Position numbers and translations under genes: made by a program. DNA of 46,752 nt. Source: Octopus bimaculoides (Eukaryota). Shown here in pieces: positions 11,898-21,497 of this stretch (position 1 is its first letter; every line of letters begins with the position of its first letter). The notes under the pieces are model-generated. The model worked only from the letters and a program-made list of their open reading frames with translations. It did no database searches and had not been told where the DNA came from. The DNA lies in assembly GCF_001194135.2 (NCBI RefSeq), contig NC_068984.1, positions 48,977,506-49,024,257 on the forward strand, written 5' to 3'.

Positions 11898-12667
11898 ATA
11901 TATAGTAAGAAACTAATACAAAATTTTTAAAAATGCAAAAATGCATCCACTGTAAGGTAGGTGGAGCCACCTGCCCTTTTTTTAGGGCTACGTTAGTTTT
12001 AGTTTCTTAGTCGAAATACATACAAAATAAAGCTTGAAATTCAGCTATTGTTCTTGTCAACTTGCCCTAAAACGAAAAAATTCTGATTCCTGAAAATCAA
12101 ATCATACTATCTGAACTTACCACCAGAAATAATAATCAAGATTCTGCTACACTTGATAATGAATTAAAGCTTAAAAGCAAACAAACAACTTATTAAAACT
12201 TCAGAAGTTCTTACACCTTTGGTCATTGTAATGCTTTGCTTTCGTTTGTTTAATAAATATTCCTCCTCGTATAAGGATTTTGCTTTCATTTTATGATAAA
12301 CAATTATCATGCAGAAAATGCCATCCTTATTACTGATTAGGTGCAAATGATTAAACTTTGAGCCTCAGTAACATTCTCCTGCAATGAGTACATATGCATG
12401 CATGCATGTACGTATGTATGTATGTATGTATGTATTTATTTCTTTATTTATTTATGTATATTTCTATGTGTTTTTGTGTGAGTGTTTATTTACGATGGCC
12501 AGCAGAAAAGAGTCTACTTGTCATCAATTGTTGTCAGCTTACACCCTCCCTCCTTAAAGCTACGTATTCGTCACACTCACCTTTTCCCCTTTCATACACA
12601 TTTTAAAAGTTATGTGTATGTGCATTGTTTGTTTGTGTGTGGGGGTGCATGTGTGTGAGTGTGTGTT

Positions 12668-12717
<50 letters not shown>

Positions 12718-12762
12718 TGTGTGTGTATTCTCGAAAGTATGTATGCAGCGTCATGTGTATAT

Positions 12763-14241
12763 CCCTGAAGTCGATTTCAGGTGTTAGTCTCCCCTTTTTG
12801 ACTTCACATATTTGAAATCTCAACTTCTTTTCTACAGAACCAAATTTGAATTTTGTAGCTCAAAATATAGCTTACAGGGTGACCAATTTAAAATTGTATA
12901 AACATCATCAAATTTGATATAAAAAAAAAGAACTGAATTAGTGACAAAGCCTAGAAGTGGTCGCGAGTGAGTAAATGTTGACCGTAAGAATATTATTTAA
13001 CGTGTGTGAATATTTATTACAGTATATATTTATTACAAAATAGTATATTTGCAAGATACCTAAATACTAAATTGAATCAAATATTTTGCAATATTGGTTT
13101 CCAATTTTGGGAGAAGGCCATCAAATCCGGAGGGGAGGGAAGCCGATTACATCGACCTCAGATCTCAGCTGATACTCATTTTATCATGTGTCGAAAAAAT
13201 AAAAGGTAAAGACGACGTTGGCGGAATTTGAACTCAGACTGTAGAAACAGACGAAATACCACGAAGCTGTCACCCTGTGTCTTAACGATTTAGCCAGCTC
13301 ACCGTCTTAGTACTGTAAAAAGTAATAATATTACTTGAAAATTGTTTTACGTACTTTTGGCACATTTAGCTTATATAGTACCTTTTTTTCATTTTGAATA
13401 TTGTTTTAAAAGATTACTATCACGAAACTCGTTTTCATGAGTTCCATCATATGAGCAAAACAAAAACAGAATTATTACAGGAAAACAAAATGTTTAGGTT
13501 TTAAATTTAATTATAGGCGTTACCACTGTTTTCGGCTCATTTGGTCCCAATAGTTTTCTATTCATTTTTTTTTTATATAGTTAGCATCATGGGATTCCCG
13601 TAGTTAAGATCTATCAGAAAAGTTAAATTTAAATAGTTTTCTTTTGAAAGATTTCAGCCGTTAATCTTATTTTCATCGGTTTTTTACCTCAGTACTTATT
13701 TTTACTGAATATTTTTGCATATAACTAACATGGATAGATTCCTGTCATCGAGATCTATCATAAAAAAAACTACAATAAAATATATATTTATTTAAAAAAA
13801 TAAATATTTGGAATCAAAGCTGATTTCAGGCGTCATTCTCCTGATGGTGACCTCACATATTTGACTCAAACTTTTTTGTACTGAACCAATTTTCAATTTT
13901 TTTTAGCTTGAAATATCGCTTATGATGTAAACATAATCTAATTTGTTTAAAAACTGAGTTAGTGACAAAGCCTAGAAGTGGTTGTGTGTGAGTAAATGTT
14001 GACCTTAAGAATATTATTCACACATTGTAGTGTGTGAATAATATTTTTTGAAAAGATTAGCACCACGACACTCGTCTGGATGAGTTCTGTCATACGAAGT
14101 AAAAAGAAAATTGTAGATTTTGAAATTGATCTTCGGCGTTGCCACTTTTTGCGGCACATTTGGACCTAGTAGTGTTTTATTTAATTTTGTGTGTGCGTGT
14201 GTGTGTTTGTGCGTGTGTGTGTTTGTGTGTGTGTGTGTGTA

Positions 14242-14284
<43 letters not shown>

Positions 14285-14786
14285 AATTAGCATCATCTGA
14301 TTCATCTGGTGGAGATTTATCAGAAAAGTTGAATTTAGATATAGTTTTGTTTTGAAGTAAGAATATTATCTGGAGTCAAAGTCAATTTCAAGCGTTAATC
14401 TCCTTTGTTTTTCACCGATTTTTACCTCAATACTCTCTTTTCTACTGAATACTTTTGCATATAAGTAACATGGATAGATTCCTCTCGCCGATATCTATCA
14501 TATAATCTAAAATAAAATATAGGCTTCTTAAAAAAAAAGTTTGGACTCAAAATCGATTTCAGGTGTTACTCTCCCGTTTTTTACCTCATTTATTTTACTG
14601 AAACTTTTTCTACCGAAGCCGTTTCCAAATTTTGTAGCTGAAAATGTAGCTTAGAATGTGACCAATCTAAAAATGTGAATATCATCTAATTTGGTTTAAA
14701 ACTGAGTTAGTGTCAAAACCTAGAAGTGGACGGGAGTGAGTAAATGGTGACCTTCAGAATATTATTTACACACTACCGTGTGTGAA
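12763..14786 (+). repeat. Head-to-tail tandem array of an unclassified ~0.65-0.75 kb repeat (partial copy 12763-13010; copies ~13408-14040 and ~14051-14786)
   Basis: All three copies share aactga(g/a)ttagtg(a/t)caaa(g/a)cctagaagtgg..gagtaaatg(t/g)tgacc..agaatattatt. Copies 2 and 3 also share aaagatta..cacga.actcgt..atgagttc, ggcgtt.ccact and catggatagattcct..atctatcat. The unit ends in a hairpin (tattcacaca-ttgtag-tgtgtgaata, 14015-14040) and copy 3 carries an internal (GT)n. Confidence 0.85.
13094..13310 (-). mobile_element. tRNA-derived SINE, family A, inserted between tandem-repeat copies 1 and 2
   Basis: ggcggaatttgaactcaga..gacgaaatac..ttagccagctcaccgtctt is the reverse complement of the family A head. 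Confidence 0.85.
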
Positions 14787-15281
14787 TGATATACACACAC
14801 ACATACACATACACACACACGCTGGCACACACCGTAGGTAAAACGTCTGTATGAATTATTTCTTGACATGTGCACGGGTAAAATTACTGCTCCAATCCAA
14901 TTGAAATTACCTTTTTCTATTCTGTATTTCGTGTTTGTTAAGAGTGTATTTAAAAATCTGATCTTCGATATAAATTTAAAAGGAAGTTCTCCCAGAAATC
15001 CCGTCTTCTACTTCTTGTTTCTAGCATGTCCGATGTGACATTTGCGTCCCCACCTCCACTGATTTTTTTTTTTTTTTTTTTTTCCTAAATTTCATCCGAT
15101 TCCTATATTTTCAATACAGGAGATTAGGATTTCGCCCAAAAAACACGTTCTCAATATATTAATTTTCTCACTCCCCATCCCAAATTCTTCATTTTTTAAA
15201 CTTTTTCGAAGTTTTTCCTTAGTTATATACGGAGTAAAAAAAAACCCAGAGAGTACGTATCTTTAAGAATTTTCTTCTTTA

Positions 15282-15609
15282 TTTTTCCTTAAAGAAACAT
15301 TAAAATCTTCTTTACAAACATCCACCCATCACCTCACCACTTTCAAAAAGCTACAAACTCACAATGTTTCACTTTTAGCTTTTTGGAAAGCGGGGAAATT
15401 TCTTCAGTAATAATATCGTTTACCTGTTGTTTATAATATGTCGGGGTTTCTGGGGGTGCTCTAATATTTTTTACGTCTGCTATTTCAGTACAATTCTACG
15501 CATGCGTGAAACATCAGACGAAAGGGAAACATTTCGTGTTTTTAGCTTTTTGAAAGCGGGTAGGTGAGGGGTGTGCGAAGTGGGGGAAAGAATGTTTCTT
15601 TAAGAAAAA
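15282..15609. repeat. Foldback/MITE-like imperfect inverted repeat (~85-bp arms)
   Basis: Left ttttccttaaagaaacatt..cctcaccactttcaaaaagctacaaac..aatgtttc; reverse complement of right tttttcttaaagaaacatt..cctcacctaccccgctttcaaaaagctaaaaac..aatgtttc. Confidence 0.7.
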
Positions 15610-15974
15610 TGGAACTTTAAAAAATATATATATTTCACAGCTTCATAAACTCTGTATTTTTCTACATGGATTTAACAAATTCGTAAAAAAGTTAGAAATT
15701 AAGGAATTGCGGTGGAGAAAAGAATTTGAAAACGTGATTTCCGGACAAAATCGTATTAACCCCCTTTTATACGATGAAACAATGCATAGTTTGTGATCCT
15801 TCTTAAGAACAAAAAGCACTTCATCCAAACCCATGCAAATTGTACCCCACTCCCTTCACCTAAAAACAAACAATAACCTTCATGATGCCAGTAATCCAGT
15901 TCACTGTATATTACCTGTGCTGATTCTGCCTATAAGAAAGGAACAAATAATACAATGTGGTTGCATGTCATAAC

Positions 15975-16004
15975 ACCCGGGCGACACCGGAATGCATTGC
16001 TACT
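15975..16004 (+). mobile_element. Possible Helitron 3' terminus relic
   Basis: GC hairpin ccgg-gcgaca-ccgg followed ~10 nt later by ctac/t where CTAG/T is expected, then (AT)n. This resembles the CCCGGGCAACGCCGGG...CTAGT Helitron end, but the match is short. Confidence 0.4.
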
Positions 16005-16347
16005 ATATATATATATATATATATNNNNNNNNNNNNNNNNNNNNNNNNNNNNNNNNNNNNNNNNNNNNNNNNNNNNNNNNNNNNNNNNNNNNNNNNNNNN
16101 NNNNNNNNNNNNNNNNNNNNNNNNNNNNNNNNNNNNNNNNNNNNNNNNNNNNNNNNNNNNNNNNNNNNNNNNNNNNNNNNNNNNNNNNNNNNNNNNNNNN
16201 NNNNNNNNNNNNNNNNNNNNNNNNNNNNNNNNNNNNNNNNNNNNNNNNNNNNNNNNNNNNNNNNNNNNNGTACAAAATGTATATACATGTAGACATGTAA
16301 AAAGAGAAGGCAGACTCAAAATTTTCAGATGATAAGAATCAAGTATG

Positions 16348-16379
<32 letters not shown>

Positions 16380-16439
16380 TATATACAGAGAAAGAGAGAC
16401 CAAACTTACTCAGATTACATAGACACAAGAAATTAGAGA

Positions 16440-17435
16440 AAAGAAGGTGTTACAGGTCGGACAGTTGGTCCTGAGGGCTCAGAGTTACTTCATAATGTTG
16501 GCATATGTAGTTCATAAAAATCTTCAGCCGGTAATGTCTGTGTCTTCTTCCCTGCATCATTGTGTCACACTGAATGGTCAAATCCCACAAGATCGTAAAT
16601 ATGTCATTCACAAAAACATATTTTGGTTTCCGTTCATATCATTTAGCTGCTATGACAAACCCACATTCCTCAGATGACATTAAGTGGATATATATGGCAA
16701 CATTATCGTGCCGTCTTCTGCACTTTCGCTGGGCCAACTTAGCACATTCGCTTACAATATAGTAGACTGTTTTCTCATTTGTTCCATACAATCTACCTAA
16801 TGGTGATTCTTTCGTTTTGTCAAGATGATGTTTAATACAGTTAGTTCAGAAAACAGGCTGCTGGCGTTGAACTATTGTGTATTTTTCACAGAGCTATTTT
16901 AAAAGGCAGGACAAGCTCTTATCCCAGGCAATGCCTAATTTATATCTAGTGTTCAACCCGTGCATAAAGTTGTCCTTTCATTCCTTTTCAAAATCTTTTT
17001 TCACTCTCTTATTACAATCGTTCGGCGTTACTGCATCAGCAGGTGTCAGTCTGTAAGAGGTTTCTTAGATTTGACAAGATGTTACCCTGTACAACTTTAA
17101 GGTGCCGAACTAGGTTGTTTCCCTTACTGTTGACACTATTTTCACTACTTATTAGTCTTCTGCATCCCTTTTTTTAAATTCCAACATAGTCTTTCAAAAT
17201 CATTCCATGGATATAGTTTCCCAATTCTCTAATCAATAGTTACTAATCCGTCCTTCTTCCACTGAATAACTCCTCGTACAACCAGAGGAACACAGCCCAT
17301 ATATTCGTTCCTTTGATCGTATTATTTCCATTCAATTCAGATTACAATACAAGTTTCACCTGCCTGAGATATTCTTCTTTGAACATCTCCTTCATGTCTT
17401 TCTCTTTGATCTTATCCAGCTTCTTTAATAATCTG
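16440..17435 (-). mobile_element. Decayed R4/Dong-like (REL-endonuclease) non-LTR retrotransposon fragment
   Basis: Minus frames give KEMFKEEYLRQVKLVL*SELNGNNTIKG.NIWAV (post-RT thumb), then KHHLDKT.ESPLGRLYGTNEKTVYYIVSECAKLAQRKCRRRHDNVA (degenerate CCHC knuckle) and ILWDLTIQCD. Many stops and frameshifts. Confidence 0.8.
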
Positions 17436-17439
17436 GCTA

Positions 17440-17743
17440 TTCGCAAGCTCAGAACATAAAAATAGACGAAATGACGCTATGTATTTTATCCGACGAGCTA
17501 AAGATTCCGAAAGGTCGTCGGCTTAGCTAATTAATTATAATATCGATTTCAAATTCAGGCACAATGCCAGAAATTTCGGGATGGGATTAAGACCCCAGTA
17601 CGCAAACGGTACTTATTTTATCGACACTGAAGGATAAAAGGCAAAGTTGACCTCGGTAAAATTTGAACTCAGGGTGTAATGTGTGGCGAAATGCTACGAA
17701 GCATTTCGCCCGGTGTGATAACGATCCTCTTAGTTCACCGTCT
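17440..17743 (-). mobile_element. Two family A SINE pieces in tandem (5' part 17440-17526; full copy 17545-17743)
   Basis: ggtacttattttatcgac..ggcaaagttgacctcgg..atttgaactcag..gaaatgctacgaagcatttcgcccgg, and upstream ctcagaacat..gacgaaatg. Confidence 0.8.
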
Positions 17744-18611
17744 GAAAACTAATTAAAATATTGATATGAACAAATAGAGGCAAAATAACAAAAACAAGAA
17801 ATTAGAAAAAAAAAAAGAAATAATAGAAACCAATTCTGTAAATTCATTTCGGTTATAATCTCATCAATTTAATATTGAATTTTAATTTTAAATTTATTTA
17901 TATATGAAGTTGCCTAAGTGCTTCCCATCGAAAAATATTTCATAAATATTGTATTTGATATATATACTGTTCAAATACAAATCATATTTCGAATAAGAAA
18001 TGTNNNNNNNNNNNNNNNNNNNNNNNNNNNNNNNNNNNNNNNNNNNNNNNNNNNNNNNNNNNNNNNNNNNNNNNNNNNNNNNNNNNNNNNNNNNNNNNNN
18101 NNNNNNNNNNNNNNNNNNNNNNNNNNNNNNNNNNNNNNNNNNNNNNNNNNNNNNNNNNNNNNNNNNNNNNNNNNNNNNNNNNNNNNNNNNNNNNNNNNNN
18201 NNNNNNNNNNNCCTATATACTCTGTTAATACGTGTTCGTTTGTATTTGTTTTTATTTATTTATTTGTTCATGTGTGTGTGTGTGTGTGCGCGCGCGCGCG
18301 TGAGTGTGTGTATGTGCGTGCGTGTGTGTGCTGTGCGCGCGCACATATACGTGTGCGAGAATGTACCTGTGACTGGCAAGGGAGCAAGAATCACGCTCGG
18401 TTTCTACGGTCTTCGTTAACCGTTTACCGGCGTTCTTCAAACGATTAACTTCTCAGCCGACGACGATGTGATATATCATTGCACATGTTCAGGACACAAT
18501 GTTCATAACTGAGAACTATTTACAAATTTTACTGCGGCAATTGTTTCATCTCTTTTTCTTCCTTAAGCGAGTGAATTATTTCTCATCTATTTAATGATTT
18601 ATTGAACATAT

Positions 18612-18816
18612 TGTAAGAACAAGGACGGAAATTTGCGGGGAAGGAGTAAGTCAATTACATCGGCCCAAATGCTCAACAGGTACTTATTTCATCGACCTCG
18701 AAATTATGAAAGGCAAAGTTAACCTCGGCGGAATCTGTGCTCTCATTGTCAAACCGAACAGAATTCGACTAAGCATTCTGCCAGGAATGCTGACAATTCA
18801 ACCAGCCTGCCGCACC

Positions 18817-18818
<2 letters not shown>
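18612..18818 (-). mobile_element. tRNA-derived SINE, family A; first of three in tandem
   Basis: ggtacttatttcatcgacc..aaggcaaagttaacctcggcggaat..ccagcctgccgcacctt followed directly by (AAT)n. Confidence 0.85.
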
Positions 18819-18871
<53 letters not shown>

Positions 18872-18966
18872 TAATAATACGAAGAAGAAGAAGAAGAAGA
18901 AGAAGAAGAAGAAGAAGAAGAAGAAGAAGAAGAAGAAGAAGAAGAAGAAGAAGAAGAAGAAGAAGA
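18819..18966. repeat. Compound microsatellite (AAT)n-(AAG)n
   Basis: Directly visible. It lies between the 3' end of one SINE and the 5' end of the next. Confidence 0.97.
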
Positions 18967-19180
18967 ATCCTTTCTACCATAAGTAAAGACCCAAAACTTG
19001 GAGGAGGGAAATGATCGACTACATCGACCCCAGTGCTTGACTGGTACTTAATTTATCGACCCAGAAAGAATGAAAGGTGAAGTCGATCTCGCTGGAATTT
19101 GAACTCAGAACGTAAAGACCGGCGAAATGCCCTTAGCCATTTCGTCCGCTGCGCTAACGATCCTGCCAACTCACTGCCTT
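18967..19180 (-). mobile_element. tRNA-derived SINE, family A; second of three in tandem
   Basis: acatcgaccccagtgcttgactggtacttaatttatcgaccc..ggaatttgaactcagaacg..ctgccaactcactgcctt; followed by (AGT)n(AGC)n(AAT)n. Confidence 0.9.
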
Positions 19181-19246
19181 GGTAGTACTAGTAGTAGTAG
19201 TAGTAGTAGTAGTAGCAGCAGCAGCAGCAGCAGCAATAATAATAAT

Positions 19247-19460
19247 CTATTTCTACATTAGGCACAAGACCTGAAATTCGGGGAGGGAAACAAGTGAATT
19301 ACATCGACCCCAGTGTTGCACTGGTACTTAATTTATCAACGCCTAAAGCATGAAGGGCAAAGTCAACCTCTGCGGAATTTGAACTTCGAACGTTGCGGCA
19401 GACGAAATACCGATAAGCATTTCGCCGGGTGTGCTAACGATTCTGCCAGCACGCCGCCTT
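19247..19460 (-). mobile_element. tRNA-derived SINE, family A; third of three in tandem
   Basis: acatcgaccccagtg..ctggtacttaatttatc..gcggaatttgaact..gcatttcgccgggtgtgctaacgattctgccagcacgccgcctt. Confidence 0.92.
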
Positions 19461-19489
19461 AGTGACAATAATACTAATGATAATAGTAA

Positions 19490-20700
19490 TATGCACTAGC
19501 TATAGAACCTCTACTGAAAAACAAGAGGCACTGAGCGGCATTCCATGCGAACTAGACGTGGAAGAAGTGTGTCAGCGTATACAGACGACGTCATTGTCAA
19601 TGTGCAGTACTAAACAGATAGGCCTCATCGGTACTGCTCAAACTGAATATGTGGCGGTGACATGTGCTACAATTACGCAAGAAAGTCAGTCGGCTTGCAG
19701 CTCGACACCTGGAGTAGCTCAAGATCCGATTTGGTTCAGATATTTAGGTGATGTACTGAGTCAAGGTGATGACTACAGTGACCAATCTCACCCAGAAACG
19801 GACAGAGACAAAGCTGTTTCTGAAAGTTCGAACAGGGTGGCAAATGCATTAATCACCTCTGTAACAGGCTACAGCCTGACCGTCGTGCCTTACGCCTGAC
19901 CAAACTGGAGCGCATACTTTTCTGCTTTCTGTGGAAAGAAGGCGTTTCACTTGTCAAGCGCTCCATTTGTTGTCATGAGATACTAAAATGGAAGACTGAA
20001 TATGCCTTGGCTCCTGACGCCACGACATCTCCAGCGCTTCCTTGACGGTGAGCAGGTGTGTCAACATTTGTTAGACTCATGTTTCATACCTCGTCTCTTA
20101 GACTGAACTGTAATGTTGGATGAAGCGTAGACCAAGGTAGGACTCCTGGCACCTAGAGTATCGTCAGGCGACCATAGTCATCCGTCAGTCCGCCAAAGAA
20201 AGCGCTAGAAGTTCTACATTGGCATTCTAAAGGGGTTAGTCACGCACAAGTGCGACGGTGTTTTCAGAGAAACCGTGAGAGTGAACGAGAATCAACTTGT
20301 TGATATGTCCGGAGAGTATTCGGCCCAAGAACCATGGATAATTTCCAGAAATTTCTGGCTTGTCAGTGCTACTGAGGAGCAATGTGAGTTAGCTAAGGGG
20401 AACAAATTCTTTATGTCCGAAAGAAATATTGCGAGCCCTAAGTAACACCAAACAGTAACCTGCCTTCTTACATTTTAACTATGAAACCTTGGCTATATTA
20501 TTTTCATATAAAGAAAGGAGACATCTGTAGAGAATAACATATCCTGATCTCAGAACAGCAGAAGGGTGGCGAGATGTCGTACATGTTTGTTAAGATCAAA
20601 TACCGATCAAGGTGTCCATAACTAAAGATGAGTGGGAGCAGACTAATTCATTCATGACAAGAAAGTTTTTGGTGGTATTCTCCGTTCGCTCGGTTCGTGG
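19490..20700 (+). mobile_element. Tx1/L1-like LINE ORF2 fragment, C-terminal half (RT domain 5 onward); decayed
   Basis: Frameshifted reading: YALAIEPLL..EALSGIPCELD..VSAYTDDV (YADD), RKSVGLQLDTW, FCFLWKEGVSLVKRSICC, FGPRTMDNFQKFLA. The listed ORF 19462-19899 contains part of this. Confidence 0.85.
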
Positions 20701-20719
20701 AAATACAAGCTATGAGTTA

Positions 20720-21001
20720 GGTATTACCAATAAGAAACATATATATTAAACACTATGAAAATTGCAAACAATATTGCTAAAAATTATGTAAGATCTAACC
20801 TATTTCCATTAAAAGAGAAATTTCCAAATGAACTCCCACTCTTAACTCGTTTCTACACGCTTGTTAATCTAGACAGGACGTTGATATGAATAATATGGGA
20901 GTTAAATATATAATCATCTTGTATGTACGAACTTGTATGTATGCAGTTACTGCACGAATTTACTAGAGGAAATGATGTGAGATTTGGTTTCGAAACGCGT
21001 C
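20720..21001 (+). mobile_element. Possible Penelope-like 3' end relic with minimal-hammerhead-like motif
   Basis: SNLFPLKEKFPNELPLLTRFYTLVNLDR weakly resembles the PLE GIY-YIG C-terminus (CNLCLKEKF..LN.R.EL..CRH). It is followed by tgatg..ttcgaaacgcgtc at ~20973-21001. Confidence 0.3.
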
Positions 21002-21497
21002 TTGACAAAATGAAAGTTAATTAGAAACACTACTATTACGCTACACAGTAAAACAGGGAGAGAAGAATTAGACCAAACATTTGTAAATACTTAGAACTCT
21101 ATGACCTAGACAGTACACAACACAAAAAAAAAGAAATAAAATAACTTTAGAACAAATATTATAGACGCATTAAATTAATAATTAAAACAGCAAAATGAAA
21201 ACTAAATAATGAGGTGAAAGGCAGCAATACTCGAGCCGTCGCAGCAATAAATTTTAGTTATAATATTCTCAACTGGACGCTAAATTAATTAATAAGACTG
21301 GACAGTTATAAGAAAACTAATGATCGTATTTCGAACATACCACCAAAAAATCTAACGCGGATACGTTATACAGAACATAGACATAGCGAAAGTAAAATGT
21401 AACTAAAAAACCATAGCATAGCGACTTCATAACTACAAATATTAAGTAAAGACGACTTTTTCTATCAATTTTTTAGCTAAAGGCTGGTAATTTTGGA

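Noticed and set aside
12121-12378. Minus-strand 258-nt segment with good acceptor (cattgcag|) and donor (|gtaagt)
   Set aside because: All three frames contain stops. It could only be a non-coding exon and nothing else supports that.
12763-14786. CRISPR-like or prokaryotic repeat-spacer interpretation of the recurring ~50-bp blocks
   Set aside because: The DNA is eukaryotic, the units are 0.65-0.75 kb and alignable along their length, and there are no unique spacers or cas genes.
18706-19014. Poly-I/R/L/N/V ORFs (also 9222-9467, 23600-24047, 36446-36703, 8024-8305, 39800-40114)
   Set aside because: These are translations of tri-, di- and tetranucleotide microsatellites, not genes.
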